From: Chrysomallon squamiferum
Taxonomy: Eukaryota > Animalia > Mollusca
Length of the DNA stretch: 64,000 nucleotides
Direction of reading: 5' to 3'
NCBI GenBank assembly: GCA_012295275.1
Contig: CM022665.1
Coordinates: forward strand, 34,224,001 to 34,288,000
Each line of letters opens with the position of its first letter. Position 1 is the stretch's first letter. A model generated the notes under the pieces. It was not told where the DNA came from. It did no database searches and saw only the letters and a program-made list of their open reading frames with translations. The translations under genes and the position numbers were made by a program. Below are positions 13,301-26,313 of this stretch, in pieces.

Positions 13301-16300
13301 GGTTGTTATTCCTGTATTAATTTCGACAAAATGGGATTCGGCAAGATGGGACGACACCATTTTTGAAGGCAAAATTAGGATCACACCTCATCGCCAATTT
13401 CAAACGAAAAAGATTAACTTGAGCATGTAAATAACTGTTAAATTTGTTTTCTAATATAATACAGTTTACTTCTGTTTTACTCTCAGGGATGCCTAGAGCT
13501 AGTCTGTTGATTCGTACCTATTTAATAACATACACACAGACACACACACACACACACACACTCTCTCTCTCTCTCTTTCTTTCTGTCACTTTGGGGTATT
13601 AAAATATTTTATTATCATCTCAACAGTTTATTAGTATTAGTTCAAAAAACAAGAGAAGACACATGTTTCCCACTTTAATGTTTTATTATATCTTTGAAAT
13701 ATGCTTGTGACAATATTAACAGGTACAACTACAGACACAGGCTGGGAAATTTTCTTACTCTGGGACAGTGGACGCAATGAAAAATGTCAATTCATATGGC
13801 TTGGTAAGAGGAGTGGTAACTGAATAGATGTCTCAGAAACAAACGAACAAACAAACAAATGATAACAATAATAACAATAATAATAATAATAATAATTAAT
13901 TGGATTCAGTCAGAACTATAAGGGAGTATTCAAAGATGCTGAGTTAAAACGAGTGATAGGGGACGAAAATTAAACATTACGAATACGCTTATTTCACATA
14001 TTCATTAATCATGTAGACAATGAAACATTAATTTTAGCTTCAGCAGAATAATGAAAGATATAATATTTATGCTTTTTCTTACAATTGTTTTGTTTGTCAC
14101 AAAGATTTTAAATATGCGATATGTAGCATACAATATCAATGAGAGTCGTATCGCCACAATTAGAACGTCCTATTTCCTATTAAAAATTATAAACTCGACC
14201 AGTGTACAGCAAAATATGATACTAGAGTTCTGTCCCTTAGCTGCTTTTCTTTCTAAAGTTTTAATTAATTTTTTTAAAATATTTACCCTGTATAATGTAA
14301 AAAAAAAAAAAAAAAAAAAAAATCTTTAATTTTTTAATATTGTATGCTGGATATGGTATTATGAGAGCTCATTATATTAAACTGTTTTAACTCGATTTAA
14401 TTGGCTTAATGTCTTACTATATATTTATTTATTTATTTTAATTAATTTATTTTTTTTAGTATTATTAAAAAAAATATATATATAATAATAATAAATAAAA
14501 ATATTTTAATTTCTGCTTTTTTTATGTCATACCTGCTGTCGCTTGTCTGGTGTATTTTAAACATATTTTACTTTGTTCTTTAACTTCAGTTAAATGATAT
14601 ATTATTGTATGCCATGCTTATACCTCGGAGATGGGAATTTGCACTCATAAAAGAATACAAATGCAGTTTGTTTTTTTACTTGAAAGAAAGTAAGCGATGC
14701 ATGGATAGGTTTGCCTTCTGTCAAACCGTTTGTAAACTCAATTTAAAAAATAATAAAATAAAAACTATAAAAGATAAAAAAAAAAATTCATAGTTTTATT
14801 TATGATCGATTGATTGATTTTGTTGTGAGGATAATTGCTGGGTGTTGTTTATTAAAAGTTCTAATAATTTAACTCGTGTGTGTTTGTATTAACATTGTTA
14901 TAAGACCAATTTTCAAAACTCACATTAAAAAATTATTTTGAAATATGAGTTTAAGGCAACAAGAACGCAGTAAATAAAATTAAATATTCGACTTAGTCTA
15001 AAATAATAATGTCTTCATCTGCAAACATTAAAATCGATCGTGGTGGGGGAAGAAAAGGAACATATTTGTAGCGAGAAATTAGTGTTGAAAGACGTACAAC
15101 TTTGTTAATACAGTGTCCGTGTTGAAATATTTATTATATTAGAATTATGTAAAGGGTTTCTAGTCATAACAATTATTCTGTGATAAAGGTTAGAGCATTT
15201 TTCACAAATATTCATTGAATCACAGCATTCTTCTTATATCAAACGTATTTTTAATTTAGAAAAGAAAGAAAAAGAAAAAAAAAAAAAAAAAGAAGAAGAA
15301 AACCTATATTATATGAACATTAATACTAAAGAGTTAAGCGAGGAAGAAGACAACAAAATAATTGTGGTATCCTTAATTTCTTTTTTTTTACCTGTGTTCT
15401 ACACAGATGCGAGGTACTTTCCGAGGAATGTCATGGCCTCTCTTATCATATGGTATTGTCAATGCGGTCTTCTTTGGTGTGTATGGAAATAGTCTAAAGC
15501 TTTTGCAGTGGGTGAGAAAAGATGAAGATCGCATTTCGAATATGGATATTTTCCTTTCTGGATGCTTGGCAGGGGCCGCCTCAGTCATGTTTGGCTGTCC
15601 CATTGACCTCTTTAAGGTCGTTCTTCAGTCCCAGATCCCACACGAGATTACTTCATCCGGTAAGACGGGTTAAGCAATACGCATGTCTTCCGTATGTTGC
15701 CAGTTAGAGGCAAATACAATCGTTCAGATGGCTAATTCAGGATATTTTTTATTAATTATTAATTTTTTTTTTTTTTTTTTTTTTCCATCATTTCGCCTAC
15801 TTTCTTTCATATTAAAATATGGAGTATATCCCCCAACCCTTTGTATACTAGCATGTTTTACTTACGATCCAACAGTGATATTAAGAAAAATAAGTAAAAT
15901 AAAACATTTTAAAAAGTAAAGAAATCGGGAAAGTTACACCTGTAACATGAAAATAACGATCAAATAATTTAATATAAAAACATGAAAACAAAAAAACCCA
16001 CCTTAACAATGCAAATTATATTCACCTTCAGTTTCAACTTAATTATAATAACAATATATTCTTTGTTAAAAGAAACGCTGAATGATAACTTCTTATTTGA
16101 TTGTTTATTTTCACAGGTGGGCATGTAACATATCGTGTTGGAAAATTCTATAAAGGACCCTGGGAATGTGCAGTGGACCTGTTTAGAAAGAATGGAATTA
16201 GAGGTTGGTACAAAGGCTTGGTCGCAATGCTCTATCGCGATGTGCCATCATTTGGTCTATACTGTTCTGTGTATGAGTATCTCAGTAGCCAGATGCACAG

Positions 16301-18876
16301 ATACCAATGGACAGATTCAAGAGGAATTACTTCAAGTATTGTAGCGGGAGGTTGTGCGGGTATTTCCGCATGGGTCGTAGTAATGCCCCTTGATTTCGTT
16401 AAAAGTCGTCTGCAGTCAGACGTTCAAGGAAAATACAAAGGCATCATAGACTGTTTTAAAAAGAGCGCTGAAAGCGAAGGAATTCGTGTTTTATTCAGGG
16501 GAACTCTAATAACGTGTCTGAGAGCATTTCCAGTAAACGCAACAACATTTTTAGTTTACTCACAAACTCTACAGTATCTCTCCTACCTTTAGATTATATT
16601 AATCATAGACATATCCTTTAATACTGAGATATGCGATATATATATATATACATACATTTTGAATATATTATTTCGCAAGTATTCAAATTATATTTTTATC
16701 ATTTCTTAGTTTCATCGAAGGTACACTAAACACGTTTTAAAATTACCTTGAAAATTATCATAAGCGTATTTTCAGCTAGCGCTTTGCTAATCGTCACAGC
16801 ACCTGTTAGTCCTATGCGGTTTGAACTCACGTCCAGCTCTTTCAGTTTCTTCGCATTTGTCAACATACCGGCCACAGCAACAGCGCCTTCACTGCCCAAT
16901 CCGTTAAAAGAGATGTTCACTTTTTCCAGTGAAGGGCTTTCCTGGAACGAGTTTAAAGATTTTAAAGTGTGATGTAAATATATTTTAAATGTTAAACAAA
17001 TGCTATGTATCTTGAGTATGTATGTCAATATATAATTGTCAAAACTTATATTTTGGCGTTATCGTCACTAAAAATATATATAATGTTTCTGATTTTGTAC
17101 TCAGTTCTAAATCCATTTCTTTGGTCTTAAAGTTAATTATATTAGTTTGATTTAACATAAAATGCATTTTACATAAATAAAATTATTCACCATCAAGGAC
17201 TGAGTCAGTTTTCTGTTTCGCTTATGTCAACAACAACATCAGCCAAAAAAAAAAAAAAATAATAATAATAATAATGATCCAGAAATCAAAACACTGATTT
17301 AGGAAAAGAAATTTCAATAGTATTTTATTTAAAAAATCCCATCGTACCGTTAGCCCTAAATGGCGTTTTATCCAATTAAGGTGGAATGAATCTCACCTTG
17401 ATTGCATTACAAAGTATTGCTGCTCCAACACCTCGAAAATGATTCCAACTGAGGTTGAGTTCCTCCAAATATTCATTTTCTTCTGCAAATAAATAAATAA
17501 ACAAACAAACAACCAAACAAATAAATAAATAATATGTAATGATATATAAAATGATAGAAAAGAATTCGATATGTATTGTTAGTTTATATATTTACTTACT
17601 TAGTGGGATTACTAATCCCCTAGCTGTCTCTTCGCCCAGCCCATTGTTACTTAAGTTTAAAACTCGTAAGCTGAAATTATCCTACAAATAAATAAATAAA
17701 TACATTTTACAATTTATAGTACACCTGTGTCGCATACGAAGATAAAGCTAAAAGGAATGAGTTTTATTTTTATTTTTTATTTTTTCAAACAAAAAACCCC
17801 TAAAAATCAGCCATTGCTGATAATAAAGAATAACAATAAATTTTGATGGCAATACCTATGGATATTTACTGAAGTTGTCAGTTATTTTTGAATATATGCT
17901 GATAAAAATATTGTTATTGTTGTTGTTTCTGATATTATTATTATTATTGTTGTTGTTGTTGTTAGTGCTATTGTTATTTTTACTGTTACCGTATATGTCC
18001 TTTTTTTTTTCACTGCTACATTACTGTAATATAAAAAATTATAACAATTCCATAGGAAACCAACTTGAAACATTGAAAATGAATACTCCTAGAACTTACG
18101 CAAAGTGCTCTACAAAAATAGATACCGTCTTTGTCTTTGAACTCATTGCCTGGAACAAATTTATATTTTCTTTAATTATGGTTTGTAAAATAAATAAATA
18201 AATGTTTTATTTATTTGATTTATTGGTAGGAGATTTAGCTTTGTGAGCTTGATAAGGTCATCTTAAAGTCTGCTAAAAATAATATTTTTTTAAATGTAGA
18301 ATTCAGATATCATTTTCATTCAGAAAAAGATTAAGCAGTGTTGAACAGTGGTTTCAGGGAGTCGTGATTCGATTATTCCAGTACGGTTCAAACGAAGTAG
18401 TTCTTGTATTCCGTATCGTAAACATACTATGTATTTTGTTTCGATCATTTGCTGATTTGGATCAGACATGGTATTATCAGAAAGATTTTGTGGATGCTCT
18501 ATAGTGTCTTTATGTTGTTTTGTCATTTGTAGTCATTCAATTTACAGCCAAAACGCTGGGACTCATAATTATGTACAGGACAGCGTTCCTTCATTCAAAC
18601 ACATTCATTCTTTCTTTCTATCTCTCTTAGAAGAACTATACTATGCATAGCAGTGTATCTGAAATATATTTTTCAGTGATTAATTCTTTTTCATTATTAC
18701 CATTTCCACATTTATTTAATTATTTATTTTAAAAATATAAAACGATATTTATAATTACTTTAACTTTTTTTTTTTTGTAATTCTATTAGCAATTTTGTTT
18801 CCATTTTCTTCTCTTTTTTTTTTAATTATTTTATAAAATGTACCAGTGTCTCTATAACCACGATACAGATATAAAA

Positions 18877-18918
<42 letters not shown>

Positions 18919-20017
18919 TCACCTGATATATTCAGAATCTGTAGCGTGGTGTTAATTGTTAGCATTTCACCAAAGGCATATGCTCCTCTGCTTTTCAATC
19001 TGTTGTTGGCGATATTCTGGAAAACATAAAACGTTTAAAAGTAATATATTTATAACAGAATAGTTTGTTTGCTGGTAAATGGTAATTAAATGTACGTGTC
19101 GAAATAAAAAAATAAAAAAATATATATATAGAATTATGGCTGTACAGAATAAATAAATAAATAAATAAATAAAAACTACTACGGACACTGTTCAGTTTAA
19201 ACATTCCAGAGAAATAATAGAAATAAAAGAATTTAAGTCTGTTAAAGTTAATTTGAATAACAAAAGAATTTCAGTTGCAGAGTTCTGGTATGAGACGTGA
19301 CTGGCTGTAGGATCAGTCTTCCTACGCTCTTATCGAGCAGTATTTATTTCGATCGGTATTTAGCTTGATTCATGTTTAACATATATTTATCTAATGCCAT
19401 TTCTTTCCTGCCTATGGTAGGGTGCCTCGAAAAACATTCGTTGCTGCGAATCATTAAAAACTAACAAAATAAATTTGGATTCTGCAATTTGTGCTACTGT
19501 ATTTACTGTAAACTATTATAGTAGAGATTTTCTACGTATTAATAAATCTATTTATTTTATTTTATTTTATTTTATTTGCCAGACCAGTTCCGCTATGTAG
19601 CAGTTGTCTTTAAGCATCTGAGCGACCGTTCGTCCGCCTTCGGCTTCCATTGCATTATCTTCCAGATCTAGATGTATCACGGTAGAGCTGTGCTAAATAC
19701 AATTAAAAATATAACAGTTTTAATCTGCACATGAATTACTGAGTTGTCTTTTATTAATTTATGCGAAAAAAACATTAATGATGATAAAAAAGCAAAATGT
19801 GAGTAGATGTTATTCTGAAATAAATTTTTTTTAAAAATCACTAAAAAGAATAAAAGTAAATAATAATAATAATAAATTAATAAATAAATAAAGAGAAAGA
19901 AAAAATGAATGAACGAGTAAGCAAACCTTTCCTTTCCTGCTAATAATAAATAAACAATACCGTGGTTGTTTTACTTTTTCTTTCTTTTATTTTTAATTAA
20001 TAATTTATTTATTTATT

Positions 20018-20101
<84 letters not shown>

Positions 20102-20518
20102 TATGGAACACGATATTATTTTGAGGGAAAACAAATTCTTATGGTTTTGTATAATCGATCTGAAAGTCAAAGCGAAGTGAAGCGAAATCTGAATAACTTT
20201 TAATCTGATATAAAATTGTTTAATTATTAAATCATTCAACCTGCAGTGTCCACGCTACAGCTTTGACACCCAACGTTCCTAAACTGTGATGATGCATGAT
20301 CAATTTTTCGTCCATCATGTGACGAAGAAAGAATGTAGCCGGTATAATGCCATAATATTTGCAAGCAGACAAATACTGATGTTTCCATGTCTCCTCTAAG
20401 TCTTTCGTTTCAGCTTCTTCTGCAATAAATGATCTTAACGGATAATTAAGATTGTCGGGACCATGAAAGGAATGATGTATCATTTCAAAATTAATTTTAG
20501 GTAAAGACAAATACCAGC

Positions 20519-20615
<97 letters not shown>

Positions 20616-20775
20616 TGTATTTGTTTTACCCTGAATTTCCAAATCTGTATCGTAATCGGCTTCGTTTTCTATATCAATCATAGTACTGAAATAATAATAA
20701 TAATAATAATAATAATAATTACAACAACAACAACAAACTGAAAAGGAATAATAGTTCCAGCACAAAGAGATATAG

Positions 20776-20814
<39 letters not shown>

Positions 20815-21106
20815 CGCGCGCGCGCACAAACAACAACAGAAAAGAAAAACAGGAACCAGATATACAGGTAATGATTTGGAGTAAAAAAAAAATTGTCAAA
20901 CAGAAATAAATAAAATAAAGAAGCTATATGCATAGAGGTTCCTAAAAATGTATATAAAAGTTAAAAGACCATGAATGCTATTAAACGCCATTAAGGTACC
21001 TTGATGTTACCAAATCGATATTGGTCGGTTGGCACGATGGTGCCGAATGACTGCTGTGACAAGGAGTAAACGACTTCCTAGCCGTGATAACGAAGGTCTT
21101 TGACAT
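9177..21106 (-). CDS. LRRC74A: Leucine-rich repeat protein, LRRC74A-like (RNase-inhibitor-type LRRs), 14 exons, ~477 aa
   Basis: Phase-consistent exons: 21000-21106, 20630-20685, 20241-20419, 19585-19692, 18923-19016, 18100-18149, 17600-17681, 17397-17482, 16747-16941, 10780-10872, 10380-10503, 9861-10000, 9563-9654 and 9177-9204, totalling 1434 nt from ATG to TGA. Motifs DYDTDLE, YLSACKYYGIIP, HHSLGTLGVKAVA, LNLSNNGLG and LNLSWNHFRG. The A vs B paralogue cannot be resolved. Confidence 0.85.
11471..13358 (-). mobile_element. MULE DNA transposon, decayed, copy 2 (transposase pseudogene 11606-12799)
   Basis: Essentially identical to copy 1 including its lesions, so it was duplicated with the 8.5 kb unit rather than transposed independently. 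Confidence 0.85.
13723..16592 (+). CDS. SLC25A45/47/48-like mitochondrial carrier, last three coding exons (~269 aa, N-terminal ~25-30 aa missing), within LRRC74 intron 9
   Basis: Exons 13723-13803 (VQLQTQAGKFSYSGTVDAMK..), 15407-15659 (MRGTFRGMSWPL..CPIDLFKVVLQSQ) and 16117-16592 (YKGPWEC..RDVPSFG..MPLDFVKSRLQ..RAFPVNA..stop). Carrier Px[DE]xxK signatures are present and exon phases are consistent. Confidence 0.9.
20523..20826. repeat. Microsatellite cluster: (AG)~45, (AAT)n/(AAC)n, (AC)n(GC)n around LRRC74 exon 2
   Basis: Directly visible at 20523-20613, ~20690-20735 and ~20777-20826. Confidence 0.95.
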
Positions 21107-21436
21107 TATTGAAATGAAAACTGGAGAAAACACAGACGCAAAGGTAAAACAAAACAAAAATATTATGATAACGCAAACTGGGTATCTATTATACGTCACT
21201 TCGGTGACGTCATATATTTGGACATATCTATTGCATACTGTTTACATTTTTAGACCATATATTTGTCCCTTTTTATAGTACGAAGAGGTACTGAAAATAT
21301 TATTAGTGAGATATATATTTTCTCTATCATCCTTCAAACATAACCTTAAAAAGAACTTTTGAACCTGCTCGTATATTGTTGGGTGCTCGACAATATTGGA
21401 GGAAATGTTTTTGTTGCAATAAGAGGAAGAATCGCA
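21107..21436. promoter_or_regulatory. Probable bidirectional promoter (LRRC74-like / MRPL4) with a CRE site
   Basis: Divergent ATGs at 21106 (-) and 21437 (+). TGACGTCA at 21205-21212 plus a half site ACGTCA at 21193. Confidence 0.65.
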
Positions 21437-24400
21437 ATGATTTTGTCACGTTCTGTTCTCATTTCAAAAGAAGCAGTGAAACGATTGTATTGTTCCTTTC
21501 AGCAAAAGGTTTTAACTGTTTATATATGGTTTTAGTTAACAGCATAGTATTAATTACAACAAAAAGGTTGATGCGACATGTTAAACAGTAAACTCTTGAC
21601 TAATGGCAATCGCATTCACGCATAGTTTTCTTATTTCTGTACCACCTCATGAGGGTCATCATGTTCATGGCATAATTTCATTATAGTTGCAGTTCTAATC
21701 ATAGTTTACTTATTGCACATCTCTTATATTTAAAGTTGCACAACATAATTCATTTAGATTATAAAAATGTTAAAAGGGTATCATTTAATAAATGTTTGAA
21801 TTAGAACTGTTAAAATAATACTGTAGGAAAGGTTATCTTAGGTTAAACTGTTCATGTAAATTATTTAAGTAAAGCTGTATTAGAATGAACTATTGTTCTA
21901 TAATGTGTATGTAAGGTATTGAAAGCCCTGACAATCACCTGAGGAGTGGTTAATAAAAGAAATCACAACATCAGTACTTCATATTCGTTAAATTTATGGA
22001 AGATATTTGACAAATGTGTACTTTTTGTAGTAAAGGCTGACTTCTGAATACTATGTAAATGTAGCATTAGTATATTACATAGGAAAATATTAGATTTCAA
22101 AAGATGAAATATGCTTCTACTCATAATTTTTTGTTCTTTATTTTTTTAGTGCTGTTTTTCCAAAACATCTTATCCAAGTCAGGATGTATCTGAGATAACA
22201 GGTTTCCAGTCAGGTAAGATAACTCAAATACATTCTAAAGCTCATATTTAAAACATCTAATTAAAATATAATGAGATTGAAACAGATTTCTAATAATTAT
22301 GTTTGTTTTTCTTTTTTAAAGTGTTATTATTTTACAGTGTGTAAAAGTAAGTATTGATTTCTCACAATACTGATGCCAATAATTATTTATTTAAAAAAAA
22401 GAAGAGAAAAAAACGTCTCTTTAACAGCTTAAATATTGTCAAACAGTGAAGTTTTCTTTTTTGGTTTAACCTGCAAGGAAGCCTATTCTCTTTATATTTG
22501 AATTCTTCTGTTATAACAGGACCACAGGCATTACCCATTGTGACATCTCGGAAAATTGAACATCCTCCTTTATACACTCCTCCCAAGCAAGCTTGGCTGG
22601 AAAGACTAGATACAATTGAAGATGGAAAAGTGGGAATTATCGATCTACATCCAGAAATATTTGGAACCTATCCTAGGTTTATGTTTTTTTAAATATGTAA
22701 ATTTTTAAATTTGAACTTACCTCAGTTTCAGTTTGTTACTGAAATAAATTTTACTTTTTAATAATTTTAAATTTCATCATTTCAATTATTAATGTACATG
22801 CTTCAAAAATATATTAATGATATATATATATTTGTTAATACTTTAGAAAATATGGAATATATACATAAATTATTCATTTATTTTAGTGATTGTTTTTTCT
22901 TCTTTCAGGATAGATATTTTGCACAGTAATATTTTATGGCAGAGAAATTTTAAAAGAATTGTAAGTTTTATTGTAACAGAAATAATTATTTTACTTTTTG
23001 TTTGTTTTCATTATACCCATATTTCTTTGAATTGGAAGAATAATCAATCAAACAATGGAAGAAACCTTGCAGTAATCTGCACTAGACTTTTCTATACATT
23101 AATTCTTGGGCTGTTCTCCTTTTAATACAGACACACGTGTCTAAAAGTGAGTTATAACAAACACTCCCTAAAATGTCTGTATCTTTAATCATTTTTCATT
23201 TAAAACAATTCAAAAATGTAACAAGAATATAATATAACAGTATAAATAAAAAAATGTACATTTGAATAATGGTAATGAAGGCATCTTCTCAAGTATGTAA
23301 AAAAGAACAGGAAAATAAATCAGTATTTCAATTTTTTTATTAGCAGGAATAGTTTTGAAATAATTAAAATGTAAATGTGAAGTCTTTAAACAGCAGCTTT
23401 GTTATTTTCTTTTATTGTACAGTCTTATGCGAAAACAAAAACACGTGCTGAAGTGAGAGGAGGAGGACGAAAGCCGTGGCCTCAGAAAGGAATGAACAAA
23501 GCACGACATGGCAGCATACGATCACCAATATGGCAAGGAGGTATGATATGCATTCTGAATTGCCTTAAATAGTACATCAAAGGACTTTTACCTTAAATTA
23601 ACATTCAGTGATTGCCATTTAGTAGGCTACCTGTACTAGTTACTTTTCACCCAACATCCAAAATAAGTTAATACTTCTGTCTGTACAGTGATGCCAAAAT
23701 CAGTTAGATACAATCACTATTGAAACAAATCAGTTTAAAAACAGGTATAAATTGTATGACATGTAATATCACAAAATACCAGTACAAACAGGTACACTGA
23801 ATTATTTGTCACTGCAACAAGGAAATAACCAAGATAAAATGTTCTATTACTTAATGCTACATATATTTATTTGAAGAAACCACTCAGTTTATTTAGTCTA
23901 CTCCACACATTTAGAATTGTATATTAGCTGTAACCTTATTTCTTATCTTCTGTTTTTTTAAAGTTAATATATTTATTTTAATTAAAAAAATCATAGTTAT
24001 AATCTCTGCATTATAAATATTAAATTTATCTATTTTATTCACAGGTGGTGTTGTGCATGGACCAAGAGGACCACAGAGTTACTTTTATATGTTGCCCACA
24101 TCAATCCGAGTGTTAGGGTTGAAATCTGCTCTGTCTGTCAAATATGCTCAGGTATTATTACAAAACAATTATAATACACAAGTGTTGTGTTTCACTCAGA
24201 AAGAACAAAGTTAATTTGTAATAAATTGTTTACCAATATTTAACAGTAAAATTTCTGTTAATTATTATCATAAGCCAGTCCACTGAGAGATGAATTTCCA
24301 TAAACCAAAATTTTTTCCTCACAAATGATTCTCTGTTTCTAAATATACATTTTATTGGAATTGTTGTGTCCAAATCAGAAATCAGGAATTAAGTACATAA

Positions 24401-26313
24401 GCTCCATAATAAATAATTAAATTGCTGAAACATCTAAAGCAGTAGTTTCCAGAATCCCAAGATGCATTCCTTGCTATGCGATCCTAGGTTTCTCAGTTCC
24501 TCATACATTATGATTTGTTACCTAGTACAGTTACCAAAATGCCACTGGAGCATATTATTATTATGAGTATGTTTTTCAAATCTTGATAATAAAATAATCC
24601 AAAATGGGATTAAATCTGAAGCAGTATTGTTGTTTTTTGTGAACTGTTAAGTTGTGATCATCCTTATAGTTCTGTATATTATTCGTTAAGTTGATATATA
24701 TAAAAGGTACATTAATTTCTAATTTAAAGATTCTTCTAAGGCTGAAATTCCTCAATGGGAGTCAAGTGTCGTCCGTTTGAGAATTGCTGATCTAAATATT
24801 TTTAATTATATTATTATTGTAGATACCTGAAGATGAGTTGAAACCAATTGTTCATGTGTAAAAAAAAAAAAATATGCATTTTATTTTCAGAATAATCTGC
24901 ATATAGTTGATTCTTTTAATATTCCTTCAGATGAATCACAGGTAAGATATTTTTGTTGATGATTTTCAGTTTAATGAAATACTAATGTGGGATACAAAAA
25001 TTCAAGGGTTTCTGCTATTTTTCTAAACATAACATAGACTAGGATTATTAAGGGGTTTTGTTGCATGTTTTACTTGAAATAAATAATATCAAAATTAATA
25101 CTTGCAGTTTGACTGATTTTAACAGTTCAGAAATTTTAACAAGTAACAGTTCTCTCATTCTCACGGCAGATATATTTAAATAATTCAAGATTATTATTAG
25201 AAACAGGCTTAATTCACTGAATTTCCAAAATTTTGATCGACATTATATGATTATGGATTTTTAAACTAAACTGAAAGACCTTCACAGAAAATAAAATGAA
25301 GTTTGTTAGAATTAGAACTGTCTTTTTGGTAAACACTTTGTGATTGATGGTTTTGTATCAATTTAAATTTCTGAGTTGACATTTTGTTTTTGTTTTTCAG
25401 TACATGACAGAATTGATAGACACCAGATTTTGGGGTTATTCAGTGCTGTTTGTTGATGAGTATGTATTTTTTTTTTAAATTCTGTTAGTAATGTTTGCAT
25501 ATTCATACATTGTAACTAAACAAATAATCATCCTTTTGCAATTTAGACCTTGTTAATTTTAAATATAGGTAAGTTTAGAAACAGAACATTTCAATTTAGT
25601 GCAGTAAAATTATATAACACTAAAAACTCTGCCTGTGTTTCTAATGATTTGTGTAAGTAATTATTTATATTTTACGTTTGCAGCACTGACTTTATGCCTA
25701 GAAACATCTCTATAGCATTGAGCCAGTGTCCAGAGTTTAATCTGATGCCAGTTTATGGTAAGATGCTTTCATTTTGTAATTAGATCCTAAAATTATTGCA
25801 GTACTTATTTTTGAATTGTTAACAAAATTTACAGTTACAGTACATGTATATCATTTAAATTAAAAATAAAAGATTTTAAAATTTAGTGACTTCATTAAGA
25901 TATTTGATCATGGAAAACAGTGTTATATTTTAATAAATCAATTAATCAGAAGAGACTGCTTTTACATCATTAATTAATTTACTGTATGCAATTAACCTCA
26001 AAATGTCCTTTTTTTCTCAAATTTATATATATATAATCTGTATGTGTGTGTGATTGGTTTTTTTAAAAAGTGTTCGTTTTGTATGTATCTTTCATTAGTT
26101 TTAAAATAACTAATTTTTATTTTAATTGTAGGGTTAAACGTGTACAGTATGTTGAAACACGAGACTTTGGTGTTGACATTAGCAGCAGTAGAAAAAATTG
26201 AACAGAAACTGTTGTACCAGATGCACAAAACAGAAAACGATACAAAATACTGTACACGGATGAACATACCTCAAAAGTACTTACCTCAAAAGGAACCAAG
26301 AATTGTTGTTTAG
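21437..26313 (+). CDS. MRPL4: Mitochondrial ribosomal protein L4 (uL4m), 10 exons, 311 aa
   Basis: Exons 21437-21508, 22150-22213, 22520-22676, 22909-22960, 23423-23540, 24045-24151, 24891-24941, 25401-25459, 25684-25757 and 26132-26313 total 936 nt in frame. Motifs [46 protein letters not shown] and [16 protein letters not shown]. Confidence 0.97.
24440..24789. mobile_element. Probable non-autonomous hAT (Charlie-type) element in MRPL4 intron 6
   Basis: Ends cagtagtttcc...ttgagaattgctg form weak TIRs. They are flanked by atctaaag / atctaaat (7 of 8 match), which fits the NTCTARAN Charlie target consensus. Confidence 0.5.

Larger units (their letters stand above)
8178..16670. repeat. Tandem segmental duplication, right copy
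   Basis: 8509-16670 matches 1-8177. 8178-8508 is presumed to be the start of the unit, whose left counterpart would lie outside the window. Confidence 0.93.

Noticed and set aside
20232-20933. 233 aa ORF with poly-CV, poly-Y and poly-SL runs
   Set aside because: Read-through of two real LRRC74 exons plus microsatellite-filled introns.
22200-26100. Intronic snoRNAs in MRPL4
   Set aside because: No convincing paired C/D boxes with a terminal stem, or H/ACA hairpins, were seen by eye; an Infernal/Rfam scan would be needed.
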